From Negaprion brevirostris (Eukaryota), in assembly GCA_030324005.1 (NCBI GenBank), contig JARDVH010000157.1:7391896-7455895 (forward strand): a DNA stretch of 64,000 nt, given 5' to 3'. The translations under genes were made by a program, and so were the position numbers. This document shows positions 13,261 to 28,030 of the stretch, in pieces; the stretch's first letter is position 1; each line of letters begins with the position of its first letter. Under the pieces are notes generated by a model that was not told the DNA's origin, did no database searches, and saw only the letters and a list, made by a program, of their open reading frames with translations.

Positions 13261-14504
13261 ATATTTCCAAATTTATCATTTTATTATGAATCACTCAATA
13301 ACAATTGTTTTACTGCAAAAGAAGAATTTTCTGTGAAGAATATTGTAGCAGAAATTTGTAGTTGTATAAAATTTAGGTTTTTCAATATATACACATGGCG
13401 AGGGGAATCTCAGAATTGTTACAGCGCAGGAGGAGGCTATTCAGCCCATTGGGGGAGGGGAGAGAAAAGGTAATGGATTTTGATGAATTCAAAATGGGAT
13501 AACTCTTTAACTCCTTGAATGTTATGTGCCGTTTTACAGTGAAATGGTATCAGACACAAAAATACCAATGCTAGTTTATTCTTTCTAGAGTGTTCATGTG
13601 GAAAATGTGCAGGATGACTCAATGCCAACCCCCAGAATTCCTTGAGCAAAAAGTATTATCACCCATCGCCTTGACTTCATGGCTAACTTGTTAATTAAGG
13701 AACACTGGAAGAAATCATATGCTCTTCTCGCCTCCATTTACGATGCTTACTTTATTTTGCAAAACTTCAGTAACCATCAAGGCCAATTTCCTGAGTTAGC
13801 TGACCTTATTCCAGTTGCCTCCAGCTGCACTCTATAATACTGAATGGTAGTAACGATAAATTGCTTGCAGCTTTCTAATTCAAAGGAAATTTGCGTGGAA
13901 CTGTTGGAACATGCAGCAAGACAATATAGGAAAAAGTACTTAAGACCCCAGTTAAAATATTTTTTGGTTCTGAAAATGCTATCATTAACAAGTGCAGTAA
14001 TGCAGTGATCTGGTTATTACTATTGTATACTGTTAAAGCAGTAACAATGAATTGTTAAAAACATTTCATGCAACTAAATTACCTATATGACATAAGGAAT
14101 TTGGAAAAGCTCCTTTTATGATATGGTCTAATTTTTCTGGTTGCCTTTGAAAGCTTTGATTCATGCTGGAGTGTAGACTTATCAACATTTAGGCGGCAGC
14201 AGCATTTATGTATAAAAACATTTCAAGGTGCTTCACAGAAGTCTAATCAGAAAGCTCAGAGTCAAAGCTCGAGATATTTGGAAAATTGGGTTAAAAGCTT
14301 GGTCGCAGTTTAGCCTTAAGGAGGATTTTGGAGGTTGACAAGTTTCAGGGTCTTAACTATTTTGCAAAATTACCTTCCGATGTGAAATAACCTGTTAATT
14401 TAGGAAATGCCTCAGTTATGAATGGCAATAGCCAAGTGAGCTAAGTTTGCTTTTGGTAGTGATGGAATGTTGGACACCAGGCGAAAGTTAGTGCTTTTTG
14501 AAAA

Positions 14505-14743
14505 GTGATGTCAGTTTTTTACGGAGGGTGGTTGGGTGCCTGGAACTTGCTGCTGGGGTACGCAGTGGAAGCAGATGCGATAGTGAGTTTTAAGGAGCAT
14601 CTGGACAAATACATGAATAGGATGGGAGTAGAGGGATATGGTCGGCAGAAGGGTAGGAGGTTTTAGTTCACTTGGGGAGCATGGTCGGTACAGATGTGGA
14701 GGGCCGAAGGGCCTGTTCCTGAGCTGTAATTTTCTTTGTTCTT
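14505..14743 (+). mobile_element. CR1 LINE 3' end
   Basis: tttttacggagggtggttgggtgcctggaac...gagggccgaagggcctgttcctgagctgtaattttctttgttctttg. Confidence 0.85.
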
Positions 14744-14808
14744 TGCTCAAATGTTTAATGTCTCCTGAACCAGCAGCTCTGCTTATTTCAACTAGAAGAT
14801 GTCATCTG

Positions 14809-14993
14809 GGTGGTCCAGTTTCCTCCCACACTCCAAAGATATGCAGGTTAAGTTGATTGGCCATGCTAAATTGACCCTTGGTGTCAGGGGGATCAGCAGA
14901 CTAAATGTGCGAGGTTACGGAATAGGGCCTGGGTGGGTTTGTGGTTAACTCGATAGGCCAAATGGTCTCCTTCTGTACTGTAGGGATTCTATA
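14809..14993 (+). mobile_element. V-SINE, 5'-truncated
   Basis: ccagtttcctcccacactccaaagat...ttggccatgctaaattg...ctgtagggattctat. Confidence 0.85.
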
Positions 14994-15074
14994 ATCTCAA
15001 ACAATGCAACATTTCCTCAATACTACACTTTACTGTCAACACAGATTGTGAGCCCAGGTTCAGGTGTTGACCTC

Positions 15075-15600
15075 AGACTCCCAAGATACTGAAGCAGTTG
15101 GTGTCCATGTGCAGCAAGACCTGGCACTATTCAGGCTTGTGTTTATAAGTGACAAGTAATATTCACACCATTGAAGGGTCAGAGAATGACCATTTCCAAC
15201 AAGAGAGAACCTAATCATCTCCCCACAACATTCAATGGCATTATCATTGCTGGAAACCAGGGATGAGCAATAAATGCTGGCTGGCCAGTGACACCGATGT
15301 ACAGTGAATGAATAAAAAAAAAGTGGTGGACAAGATGTACACTAGCTCCTCACCAAGGTTCCTTCGGCAGCACCTTCCAAACTGCGAACTTGAGCAAAGG
15401 CAGAGAACATGCTCCCTTGCAGCTGCACACCATCCTGACTTGAAACTGTATTGTTGCTAGATCAAAATCCAGGAACTCCCTTCCTGTGCACTATGGGAGT
15501 ACCTGCAACAGATGGAATGCAGGGTTCAAGAAGGCAACTCATCATCACCTTCTCAAGGCCAGCTCTGGATGGGCACTAAATGCTGATTGTACCAGTGACC
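15075..15600 (+). mobile_element. CR1/L2-group LINE 3' fragments
   Basis: atgtgcagcaagacctgg; cagcaccttccaaac; ttcaagaaggcaactcatcatcaccttctcaagg; tail gggatgagcaataaatgctggc. Confidence 0.75.
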
Positions 15601-15604
15601 ACAG

Positions 15605-16283
15605 GGGTTAGCACTGCTGCCTCACAGCGCCAGGNNNNNNNNNNNNNNNNNNNNNNNNNNNNNNNNNNNNNNNNNNNNNNNNNNNNNNNNNNNNNNNNNN
15701 NNNNNNNNNNNNNNNNNNNNNNNNNNNNNNNNNNNNNNNNNNNNNNNNNNNNNNNNNNNNNNNNNNNNNNNNNNNNNNNNNNNNNNNNNNNNNNNNNNNN
15801 NNNNNNNNNNNNNNNNNNNNNNNNNNNNNNNNNNNNNNNNNNNNNNNNNNNNNNNNNNNNNNNNNNNNNNNNNNNNNNNNNNNNNNNNNNNNNNNNNNNN
15901 NNNNNNNNNNNNNNNNNNNNNNNNNNNNNNNNNNNNNNNNNNNNNNNNNNNNNNNNNNNNNNNNNNNNNNNNNNNNNNNNNNNNNNNNNNNNNNNNNNNN
16001 NNNNNNNNNNNNNNNNNNNNNNNNNNNNNNNNNNNNNNNNNNNNNNNNNNNNNNNNNNNNNNNNNNNNNNNNNNNNNNNNNNNNNNNNNNNNNNNNNNNN
16101 NNNNNNNNNNNNNNNNNNNNNNNNNNNNNNNNNNNNNNNNNNNNNNNNNNNNNNNNNNNNNNNNNNNNNNNNNNNNNNNNNNNNNNNNNNNNNNNNNNNN
16201 NNNNNNNNNNNNNNNNNNNNNTCATTGTCGGTACAGGCTCGATGGGCCGAATGGCGGCCTCCTGCATTGTAGGGATTCCATGA
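15605..16283 (+). mobile_element. V-SINE head and tail flanking an N gap
   Basis: ggttagcactgctgcctcacagcgccagg [gap] gatgggccgaatggcggcctcctgcattgtagggattc. Confidence 0.7.
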
Positions 16284-19200
16284 AATCATCAATGATTTGG
16301 TTATTTGAAAGTAGCATGTTTGAGTATCAGAAATTTGAGCAATAACCTCTGTTCTAAATCAAAGTTCACATCCAAAATAAGTATTGCTTCATATTGCATG
16401 AATGATGTATGGAGCAATACAGCTTTATTGCAATGAGACAAGTTTGTACACATCGAAAATTAAGAACAGGATATAGAATAACTAACTTGGGTGACTAACT
16501 TCAGCAATCCTCCTGTATATAGCGCACTTCCTGCAAAATAGCTTCAGTTGCAATTGTTACAAAGGTTTTTTGCACATCTCTCTTTATTCCGACCTACAGT
16601 TTTGATCCAGTGGGGAGTACTGCATTCAGGTCCTGGGGAATGCCAGAACTGCTTGTTCCATGTATATAAATGTTCCATAAAAAATTAGCATATTTAAAAC
16701 TGCTTGGAAAAGCTCCAAAGGAGTCATTCATCCCCCCACCCCGGCCCCCAAGGGCTCCATGTGATTTGATTTTGGCAAAGCTTTAGATTTTCTGAGCTTC
16801 CTCTGACAACGTGCAAATATTCATTTGAGTTGTTGCTTATTATATCCACAGTGTTACTCTGCACAATTACTGGACCCTTTGTTCATCTGAGATGCCACAG
16901 TATTTTGGTCACATTGTGATTATGCTGCACGTTTTGGAGTGCTGCTTCTGGCAAGAAAACTTAGTCTCTGAAATTCTTGCACAGATTTATGATTTGCCTA
17001 ACACTCATGAGTAGTTAAAATTGATTTATTATTCATTATTAGTCACAAGTGAGGCTTACATTAACACTGCAATGGAGTGACTGAAAATCCCCAATGGACG
17101 TAGTGCTATGAGAGTCCCAGTCTGTATGGGTAAAGCTTTGATTTACAAAAAAGGAAACAAAAAAATGAACTGCAAGTACTTTTCTGTTTCTATAGACCAG
17201 CACTGGATATAGGGGGCTACTAACTAATGCCGACATGAATTTTGCATGGAATAGTACAGTTAGTGCGGAAGCAAGTATTGCAGTTTTCTAACTCAGTGCT
17301 GCCACTCACTGGTCTACTGATGATACTACTGAAGGTTTGACAGTACAGAATCTATTGTGTAATATCTTTACAGTGTACTAAAAATTTGACAGTGGAGACT
17401 TTTTTGCTAAGCATTTGCAAGCAGCACCCAACTGTTCTCAGCCATGTAAAAAGAATCTAACCAACTAACATTGACGTGGAAAAGCTGTCTTCAAAAATTC
17501 ATGTTCAGAACAGGAAATAAAATATAAAAGCAGCTTTTCTCTAATTCACTATGTTCCCTGATATTTTTGAATGACAGTGGAAAATTCTGTACTGACGATG
17601 GTTAAGGGTGACACTGCCGCAAGTTTTGAAAAAATTTTGTGTTTTATCCTTAAAACTGAATTTGCTGAAATATATTTTATTCCACACTTTTATGCAACTT
17701 GATGGATTTAATTGAAAAAAAGTTGGCTGGAAAAGGCCAAAAAAGATTAAGTAGGGTGGTATTTTCAAACATCTCTGTGTGGTGATATTTCAGAGCTAAC
17801 AGTTTAGAATAACAAATTTGCCTGTAAAACGCAGACAGACACTTTGACAAGTTTGTACATCTCAATGTCCGAATCCTTACAGGAGCCCTTACTTACGAGA
17901 TGAACAAAAGGACAAGACTTGGTTTGCAGTTCAACACAATTTTGTTAACAAGTTCAATAAATATTAACACAGTTACTATTCCCAAATTATCTGAACCCTG
18001 TTTGCCTCACATTCTAATACTACCCATGCTGGTTAAATATGACTGAACCACAGGTCCAGATTCCCTGAGCCTCTGCCATCTCGGGGTCATTGTCTGCAAG
18101 GTGAATCTCATGCACCCTCTTACATTGTCTCTGCATTGCTGCCAAGTCCTCTCTATAGTATTCTTCATTGCGGGTCACGCTGAGCCTTTGCTGCTAGTGG
18201 CCTCTGGGTGTCTCCTCTTGCCTCCTTCCTCTGCATTGTTCTGGAAGCTTCCCTGGCTTCTCGTCACCGGGTGAAGGTCATAGCTCCTTAGTTTGGAGGT
18301 TACTGGATACACCTTAGGTGACCATGGCTGGGTATGCATATTCCACACAGCCGCCTTTCAAATAAGCTCACAGCGGGAACCCGAGGCGTCAGAGTGTCCA
18401 GCCAAAAACCAGGGAATACGGTCAAGGTTCAGTCCTTCTGATATCCACTCCTAAAGCATGCCCTGGACTGCCCAGCTTATTCCTGACTTGTCCTGGTTGC
18501 CAGTGATCCTTGTAGGAGCTGTTTGCTGCAGCTTGTCCTTTGGGCCTACAATTCTGGCTAGCTAGTCAGAATAGGTAGTTATGATATGAAATCTAATTGA
18601 CTGCTTCAGTCTGTACTCAGGTCCATGTGTGTAAATTTACAACCTTCAAATCACTCCCTGTGTTTTTGTTGTGCACTTTAGCAATTTTAGTAACTAACAT
18701 TTTGAACTTCCACTACGTAAAAATTGTGCAATATGCGGTTCACAGAATTCAATAGTCAAGATGTTATTGTATAAAGTACAGTTAATTTGCTTAGTATACA
18801 TTCAACTTCTGTGTATATAAAATATAGGTAGTAAAATGTCTCTTTATCACTGGTGCTTATTTGCAGTCCACACTACGTTTACTTTTGCACAAATCTCCCA
18901 ACTACTTGTGTATGACTTTACAGAGACTACCTGGGAATACTCCTTTTACCCTTGCGAAAATACTCTTTCCCCACCTCCCANNNNNNNNNNNNNNNNNNNN
19001 NNNNNNNNNNNNNNNNNNNNNNNNNNNNNNNNNNNNNNNNNNNNNNNNNNNNNNNNNNNNNNNNNNNNNNNNNNNNNNNNNNNNNNNNNNNNNNNNNNNN
19101 NNNNNNNNNNNNNNNNNNNNNNNNNNNNNNNNNNNNNNNNNNNNNNNNNNNNNNNNNNNNNNNNNNNNNNNNNNNNNNNNNNNNNNNNNNNNNNNNNNNN

Positions 19201-20032
19201 NNNNNNNNNNNNNNNNNNNNNNGAGAAAGCGGGAAAGTGGAACTGAGCCACTTCAGATCAGCCATGATCTTGTTGAATGGCGGGGCAGGCTCGAAGGGCA
19301 AGATGGCCAACTCCTGCTCCTATTTCTTATGTCCTTATGTTTTCAATCAATCTCCTATGCTATTGCCTGTAAGCAAATATTACAATCGAACCCAGCTCCC
19401 AAAAGGTTGTGAATGCTGTGACAATTAGAACCGGGAAAGTTAAGATAGATTGATTTTCATCAGTTAAAGGTGTTGAAGTATCTGGAACAAAGTTAGGTAA
19501 ATGGTTTGAGGTATTGATCAGCCTTGATTGAATGGTTAACAATGGCCTACTCCTCTTCCCAAGTTCTATTTAACAAGTGCTGATGTTCTTCTGGCATTAA
19601 TTAAAATGCACTGTCATATTCTAATTTATACCCATGGTTATCCTTGTGGCTACTTGTAACAGCTGTACCTAAGTGTAACATTACTCTGAATGTTTTGTAG
19701 ATCTAACACATCCCAGTTGGATTTATAATTTACTTATGTCCTAGACATTGTTTATAGGGCTGCATCATTCAGTTTATGTCCTTGTTAAATCATTGCAGTA
19801 GGTGATATGGAACTTGCTCAATGTGTGCAGCCATTTGACCATGGCTTCCATGTTAGGACTGGCCTCATCAAGAATGTTTCAGTAATATTACTCAAACTTA
19901 AATATTCCTTTCTGTCAAGTCAACTGTAAGTCATTTACTAAATGCCGAAGTCTTGCTAAATTTTTATTTGCACAAAACAAAGAATAGCCCTCACATTGCA
20001 TCCTTTATCATTTCAGTTACTTAGTCTGCTGA

Positions 20033-20209
<177 letters not shown>

Positions 20210-23200
20210 TAGCTCCCTTGCACTCCTGAAGGTGGCAACTTGCACTTGGATTGGTATCAGTTACTCTCTCTAACTTGCTGTCTAAGACGCTAAGGCATCA
20301 TGCATTCATATGCGAGTGACGCTATTGAACACGTACCGTTCTGTGGTTGGGTGGGGGGCATGTATCAATCTAGTGCAGTGTCCACAGACGTGCACTTGAT
20401 AGGAAGAGCCACTGGATAACGTTCAAGATCAGGAGCACTGGCTTAATTCTCTCCTGCTAATTGTCCTCGAGTCTGAGGCCAATTATCGCTCCCCAATGAT
20501 GGCCTAACAATGGATAGATGCTATGAGTGTTTTTTTTAACTTGGATGACTATTTTGTACATGCTGCTTTTTCATGATGAACTACCTGATGACAAAAGAAA
20601 TATTCCAAAAGCTGCAGTTAGTAACTGAATGTTGGCACTGGAAGACCTGTAATTGATAAATGGAGTAGAATTTGCTGTAGATTAATTTTGTGGTCAATTT
20701 GCTGTATGTACTAGAANNNNNNNNNNNNNNNNNNNNNNNNNNNNNNNNNNNNNNNNNNNNNNNNNNNNNNNNNNNNNNNNNNNNNNNNNNNNNNNNNNNN
20801 NNNNNNNNNNNNNNNNNNNNNNNNNNNNNNNNNNNNNNNNNNNNNNNNNNNNNNNNNNNNNNNNNNNNNNNNNNNNNNNNNNNNNNNNNNNNNNNNNNNN
20901 NNNNNNNNNNNNNNNNNNNNNNNNNNNNNNNNNNNNNNNNNNNNNNNNNNNNNNNNNNNNNNNNNNNNNNNNNNTAAATAACTTCATACCTTGAGATAAT
21001 AAATCCAGGGGATTAAACATGCCATTTTCTTAAACTTTCATCCTGGATCTTTCAACTTTTCCTTCCTTTCTGTTCTAACATTTATGCATGGTTTATCTTA
21101 TGTTCTTTACCTTCCATCAATTCGATTTACATTATTTCTAAGACTGTCAGTTTTGTTGACATTTCAGCATTATTCTGTGGTTTCAATTATTCCCAGTTTT
21201 ACTGAATTTTGAATTTTGTTCTCTTTGAGCCAGACGTTGCGAAGTGTTGGCATTTTTTGTGAATCCCCTTTCACTTAAAAGTAATGTCCTTGCATGAATC
21301 GCAAACCTAAATCTTGCGCAACCCCTCCGTTGAATTGTATTATATCCCTCTGCCAAAATTGCCCAGTGCCTTGTTTAACTTTTTCAGCATGGTTATGTAT
21401 TTGACTGATGGTCCTCACGGTATTTCCACAAAAATATTTTGTAAGGCTTCAGAGCCATAGTGCAGGTGATTGTAGGATAAATTCAGTGATCCTGTACTCC
21501 CTGTGTGGAGCTGTGTTTAAGGGGAATGGATATAACAGAATGATCACTGCATTGTGACAGCAGTTACTCTGAACCATGTTGCCTTTCAGCATTTCCCTCT
21601 GCTGGAAGCATGGGATCAGTGAAATTCTCATCCATTGTATTTCAAGCCCCTGGAAGGAGACAATGGGTCCTAAAATGGAATGAAATAATTGTGTAATCTA
21701 TAATTCCAGTTGTATGCCTGATGTTCTTGTATTTGCCAATGTGTCATGAAACATTTGAAGGCTCTGTGTGGCCATATTTTAAAAACATTGTGCTATCATT
21801 TGGTCTAACATCTCTCTCTCCTTTTCCCCACCTCCCACATCCTTTCATTAGTCTTGGATATCATTTGTTAGTCGCGTATCTTTCTCAAGGGGTATGGATA
21901 ATTATGTGTAATTAAAATGACTGCATATTCCATTTGAACAGTTCCTTCTTGGGACCAAGATAGTACCAACGCACAGTTATTTTTGGGGTATTCTGGTAAT
22001 GTGGAAAAATTCCAGATTAAAATATGAATTACCTGGACAGGAATCAGGTTCCAAATTAATCTTGCTCATGAATGCATCTTGAAAGCTTGGATTGTAACTC
22101 AGATCTTTCCAACCAAATTTCTGTGAAGTAGTATCTCCAAAACGAAGGAAAAGACTGTTGACATCACTTAGCTTTTCAGTGTCAGATCATAGTGACAGCA
22201 AGTTCGGACAATAGTCCACAAAATTACAGTGCATCTCGATAGATGATGGTGACTCAACATTTATTGAAGTTTCTTACTGTTGGAAAGAAAAAAAATGTTG
22301 GCAGTTGTAGAATTGTAATTAACACTTTTTGACTTACCTGCCCGGTAAGATGAGAAGTGCATTGGTCACGACACATAATGACAGATAAGCAAGATAGGGT
22401 CTGGCTTGTCTTAATGTTATTTTGTTTTACATTTCTGTTGCAAAGTCCATTAATTACCCTATGGACGGCACTGTGGCTAGTTAATCTGGAAGGAAAACTT
22501 GATCTCTAATCATTTCCACAAATGTGCTTGAGACTGGATACTAGAGAAAATCCATTATTTGAAGAGACANNNNNNNNNNCTAGCTAGAGCACTTTCGTTG
22601 TAAGCAATGAAATACAGTCCTAAGGGCTTTGTGACAGAAGCTACTGTGTCATGTTTCTAGGATCTACCCATATCCTACTATGACACATCACTGATTTGTG
22701 TAGACTTAACCCACACATCTTGTAAGCTACTTCAAAGATGACCTGGTCACTTAAAACTGTATCTTCGACATCTTTTTGTCGAGTGTTTGCTGCTTAATCT
22801 GATCATAATGATCATAATCTCAGCTAGGAGTTAGGCAAATTGGATTGTCTAGCTTTTAGTTAATGGTCTTGTAATAATAGGTATAAAACCAATCTGAATT
22901 GCATTACATCCAGTGGCCAAATCAGCATTTAATTTTCTTCCCCTCTGATTTAGAGTGACCTCTACTGTTATAGCTTAAGGTTCACATTATCCCATTGGAC
23001 ACTGAAAACATCATGTTCCCTGCATTTTTCGAACATATGAATTAGGGATGATTCTATAGTGCCTCTTTCTGGGGGAAGTGGGAGTGGTGGGGGAGCAATT
23101 AAAAGATCAGCTGTGCTCAAAAGCTTCAGTAGTAGTATCTGAGGCTATTATTGAATAAAGTAATATATCCTTTTTGAACTGGTAACTTTTATGTGGCATG

Positions 23201-23923
23201 CAGTTTTTGTTTGAAAAGCTTAAATTGTTTTTTAGATGGTGTAATGTGTAGAATTATGCTGTCTGGCATTACATCAGAATGGAAGAGAAGCAGATGTGTT
23301 CTTAACTTGTATAAATTAGCTTGTTGCAGCAAAGTAAGTTTGTGTACAAGTTGATTAGTGATATTAGTTGCTGATGTGCTTTAGTGAGAACAAAGCATGG
23401 TCTGGCCAGGTGTTTTAAACAGGAAAAAACACCCTTTCCTGGTTAGTTGGTAAGTAACCAGCTTAATGATGAACAGCAGTTTGTGATCATGTTTCATAGG
23501 GATCCCTTCTTATCATCATTCTGTCTGTTGCTTTGGTGGGAGGCCATTTGGCAGAAGTTTACAATTAATTCTTCTTCAAAGGGTTTGAAATCTAGGCAGA
23601 TAGCATTTGCAAAGGATTAAGTACGCCATTCTGACAAACCTTTCTTTATTATCGTTCTTAACAATTGCAGAGCTACATTTCTACAGGTGTTCACCACCCT
23701 CAGGTGTTTCATCCACTTGGCCATTCTTCAGGTGAATTGTCAACTGGCGGTATTACTGTGTAGGATTTGAGCTCACCCAAAGTCCAGACCTGTGAAACTC
23801 TTCAATCACCTCACATTACCCTGGGATGTTGAGGCTTTCTCCAGAATTAAACTATGATCAGCTCACTTGATAGAGATTGTTGAGTGGAATGTGAAAATAC
23901 ACTGGACACTTCCCTTACCTGCT

Positions 23924-23927
<4 letters not shown>

Positions 23928-23982
<55 letters not shown>
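23928..23982. repeat. (TG)n microsatellite
   Basis: Perfect TG run. Confidence 0.99.
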
Positions 23983-23984
<2 letters not shown>

Positions 23985-24199
23985 GGGAGGGGGTAGGTAG
24001 GAGAAAGGTGGTGGTGGCACTCATAGTTGCTCTGAAAGAATTAGAAGGAATAGAAGCAGTGTAACTATTTTAAACTGACCCCACTTTGTTCAGTATTCCT
24101 CCGCACTCAAACTTATCCCAACCCATCCCACTGGAGGCTAGCATGAAACTGATTTGCGTCCCACTAATGGCATGCATACAAGAGCTTGGCCAGATCCTT

Positions 24200-26035
24200 T
24201 CCCCTACTCCTGAGTTTCCATTACACCAGCAGGAAAGCACCAGTCAAGGACGTATCTGGGCATACAAAAGTCAGGACTGACCTTTAGGGCCTTGCTCACA
24301 TCATGAATATCCGAGGAGAAGACAAGAGACCTGCTGCTGCCAGACCCTAGGAGCACATCGCTTGGAATGGTGGGCAGATCTTTATGTCTATGGCACATCT
24401 CGCAAAGTGGAAGGTCCCCACCCAGCAGCTTCGGCTTCACTGCTGAAGGACTTGCTTTGCAACTTCAGCGTCTTCACGAAATGCTGTCAGCATTTCCACA
24501 GTCTCCACTGACTTCTTTGACCTGGTTTGGAAATTCAGGATCTTGCCAAGCGCTATTAAGGATATGGCAAGGGGCAGTTTGGATGGTGGGGGATGGATGG
24601 GCGAGATTGAGAAAGGTTAGGCCTGGGTGGGAATCCTGAGTACCTGATCCAGGAGTGTCCAGCTGCTGCTGCTCCTCCTTACTGGTGTCCCAGGACCTGA
24701 CCTAACTCCTTGAGGTGAAGGATCCCTGGAGGGATTTTGTAGTGCTCCATTCACCTCAGAGTTACCATTGCATGGACTCACCCACAGCAACAGCGATGGA
24801 GTGCAGGTCAGCATGCATTTCTATGTTCTGGGGGACAAGGGTTTCCATGGTGTCTGCTATGTACCCCATGGAGACTTTGATGCCGGCACCACTTCACAGA
24901 GCGGGTGAACAGACTCCTCTGAGTCACTTTGTTGATGGCTGTTCCTGATGTTCCCCTCCTCCTGACTCACCACTGTAAGGTGGAAGGCTGATTCGAAAGG
25001 CTGGTCATCAGACTGAGATCTCACCCATGCTTCTTTGCCAACTGTCTGCCGAGAGCCAAGGGGCTTGGCTAAACTTGTCCCCTCCTGCTGTGGGCATGTG
25101 TTCGTGTGATCACCACCAGATTGTGCATCCTGAACTAGCACCAAAACCTAGCAAGCTGGTGGAGGGTGCACTGTGATGTATTGAACGCTGTACAGCTTTC
25201 CTTTTTGCTTGCTCCTGGCCCTCTTCTGGGCTGTGGCTGGAAAGTCTCCTCTGGCCTTAGTCTTCCTGGAGGGAGCTGCAAGTGAGAAAGGAGAGTGCAA
25301 GTGACAGCATTGAGGCACATTTGATGTTATGGTTTGCATTGAATGGATGAATTTTTGCTAGATGGATGGCCTAAGCCAAACTCCCTATTAACAATGGCTG
25401 TGTCCCACTCAACTCCTGTGAACTCTGAAGCCTTCTCCCTGCACTCGGTTAGAGTCTTCGAGTGTTGTCGACCCTCTCCGGTCCTCCTGTTCTGTAGTGC
25501 TGAAGCTTCTTCAGAGATGAACACTTAAGAGGGACTGCATGTTACGTCGGTTGGAGCATGGGATTTTGGATCGTTTCTCATTTCCTCCCATAAAAGATAG
25601 CCCACTTCTGCGTGGCAGGTTACCACTGATGCAAATTAGCATTGCGTCGCCTGAAAACTAGCGGCAACAGCCACTTGTGTTGGTTTCCTTGCTGGACGCC
25701 CCCTACCATCAGCCGAGTAGACATGGTTGAGGAGGACACCCAAAAAGCTGTCACTAAATTTGGACACCAGACTGTCACCTCCCATTCCTATAATTTCCTT
25801 TCAGGTAGGTGCTAACAGTAAGGATTCCGGACAGTTTTTAAATATGGTACCTGGATATGATGATGGAACATGTGGCATCAAGTCTGCCCCACCACAGAAT
25901 ACTGCACAAAACACCTGGATGTGTAATTAGTGCGACTGGAAGGTATGGCATGGATCCCATTGGCCTCTGCAGTAGGAAACACACACTGTTCCCGCTCCTG
26001 CACGGGACTTAGTCTCAGGTGGGAGAATTCCATCT
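24200..26035 (-). mobile_element. Decayed PIF/Harbinger-like transposon remnant (Myb/SANT-partner ORF region)
   Basis: GC-richer block. Minus peptide QNRRTGEGRQHSKTLTECREKASEFTG resembles the R.TGGG...LT..EE.A.E..G segment that follows the Myb/SANT domain in Harbinger accessory proteins. Possible terminus gggagaattcc near 26020. Confidence 0.45.
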
Positions 26036-26329
26036 ATAAAATTTCGCATTGTAATTTTGTATGTTTTGTCTTTTGATCAGCAATGGCANNNNNNNNNNNN
26101 NNNNNNNNNNNNNNNNNNNNNNNNNNNNNNNNNNNNNNNNNNNNNNNNNNNNNNNNNNNNNNNNNNNNNNNNNNNNNNNNNNNNNNNNAATGGCAAATTT
26201 ACTACGTGTTGCTTACTCTAATTGGTGAATTGTAGGACACCATATGGATGTCTTCTCAAAAATAAATATTTTGGTGGTACAGTGGAAATCTGGGTAATGT
26301 GTCAAGAGGTCCCAGTTCATTCTTTTCTG

Positions 26330-27930
26330 AAGAGTATAACCTCACATTTCTGATATCGTTCTTGTAAATCCTTTTTGTAATCTCTCCGTTACCACTGTAT
26401 TCTGCAGCCCAGTCAGGGTTTAATACGAGTTTAGCATAACTTCAATTTTTTAATTCGGTCTTTCCATAAACACAGATACCTAGTTTGTTTTTTACGGACT
26501 TGTTAACCTATTTTGCGTGGTGTGTATTTGTACTCCCAAATCATTTTGCTACTTGATCTCGTTTAAATTTTTATTTTCCAAGTCGTTTGCACCAGCTTTA
26601 TATTTCTTATCAATATGTAATGCCTCATGTTTATCTGTGTTGAAATTAATTTTCCAATTGTATGTCCTTTCTGCAAACATATCAATGTCTTTAAATTTGT
26701 AGCTGTCCCCCTTGGGATTAGCCATTTCCCACAATCCGCCCTCTCACAATTTGGTACCATCTGCAAATTTAGTAGTTCTGTTTTTCAATTTAAAGTCTGT
26801 AAATTGTGATCCCAGCCCTGATTCCTGTAGCACCACACTTTCTACCTGCTTTGCCCTTACTACTACTTTTAGTACCAATGTTAAGCTGACAGGTCTATCA
26901 CCCCCTGCATATTTCTGTCTCCCTTCTTAAGTATGGATATGACTTTATTCATCTTCCAATACTCTGGTACTGCATCCCTTTCTAATTGATTAATTAAATA
27001 CGTATTAGTGCCTTTTCTGCCTCTTCTCTTGATTTTTTTTATAAAGCGCCTACGTATAATTCTTATGGCCCAGAAGTTTTTACCTTGTTTGAATTTTATT
27101 TGTTCATTTAATATTTCTTCTCTTATTTTAAATGTGGTTATATTATTTCTAATCTCATCTTCTGATGCCGTGCTCATCTGATCTGACTCCCTGGTTTACT
27201 CCCTGGAAGCAAAGTAATTATTTAATATTTCTGCCATTTTGTTATCACTGCCTGTGATTTTTATTCTGTCCTTCCCTATTCCCCATTCGAACTTTATTTT
27301 TTAAATTTATGTACCTGTAAAATATTTTACTGTTTTATTTTATATCTTTTGTTTTCTTTGTTCCCCTTTGCTTTCCTGATTATTTATTTTTTGACTTTTC
27401 TTTCCTAATCTCTTTGCATTCTCACTTGTCATGTCTTTCCTATCCTCAGTTGTTCCCATACATCTTTATTTATCGTGTCTCATGAATTTGTTAGCAGCGT
27501 GTGTTTTTCCTAGTCTCTATTGAACACCATTTTGAATGTTATCCGTTGCTGTCCCACATCATTGTTGGCAAATATTCTTCGCCCCTCAAAATTGGCATTT
27601 CTGCCATCTTTTACCCTGATCTTGTATCCTTCTCTATTATTATCTTCAAGCATATTATAGTCACATTTGCCTAGATTTTCCACTACTTTTATTTCTCTTA
27701 TCTGTTGTGGTTCACTCTCTATTACTACATCCTGGAGTGACCCACCATTTTTGGATTTCTTAAATACAGGGTTGGAATGAAATTATGGATCCACTGGGGG
27801 AGCTCCCATCCCTTGTCCCCTTTACTTAGCTGTCCTGGTTGAAACAATCCTAACTTGAAGCACAACCATGCCTTGGTTGATTTCGTCACTGGACTAATTT
27901 AGAAATGCATGATGTCCGTGGCTCAGTTTG
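26330..27930 (-). mobile_element. Old CR1 LINE ORF2 fragment
   Basis: Minus ORFs AVPEYWKMNKVISILKKGDR (cf. DWK.ANV.PIFKKGDR) and NWKINFNTDKHEALH (cf. WQM.FN.DKCEVMH). Confidence 0.8.
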
Positions 27931-28030
27931 CAGTTGTAACCACATACCACCTACCATTAGCTGTACTTCCCATATTGTTGGGATAATTTATTAAAACTCA
28001 GAATTACACATTGTGAGATGTGCATTATAA

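Noticed and set aside
17866-18600. Possible LTR-like segment
   Set aside because: Composition suggests a repeat, but I could not identify termini, target duplication or coding motifs.
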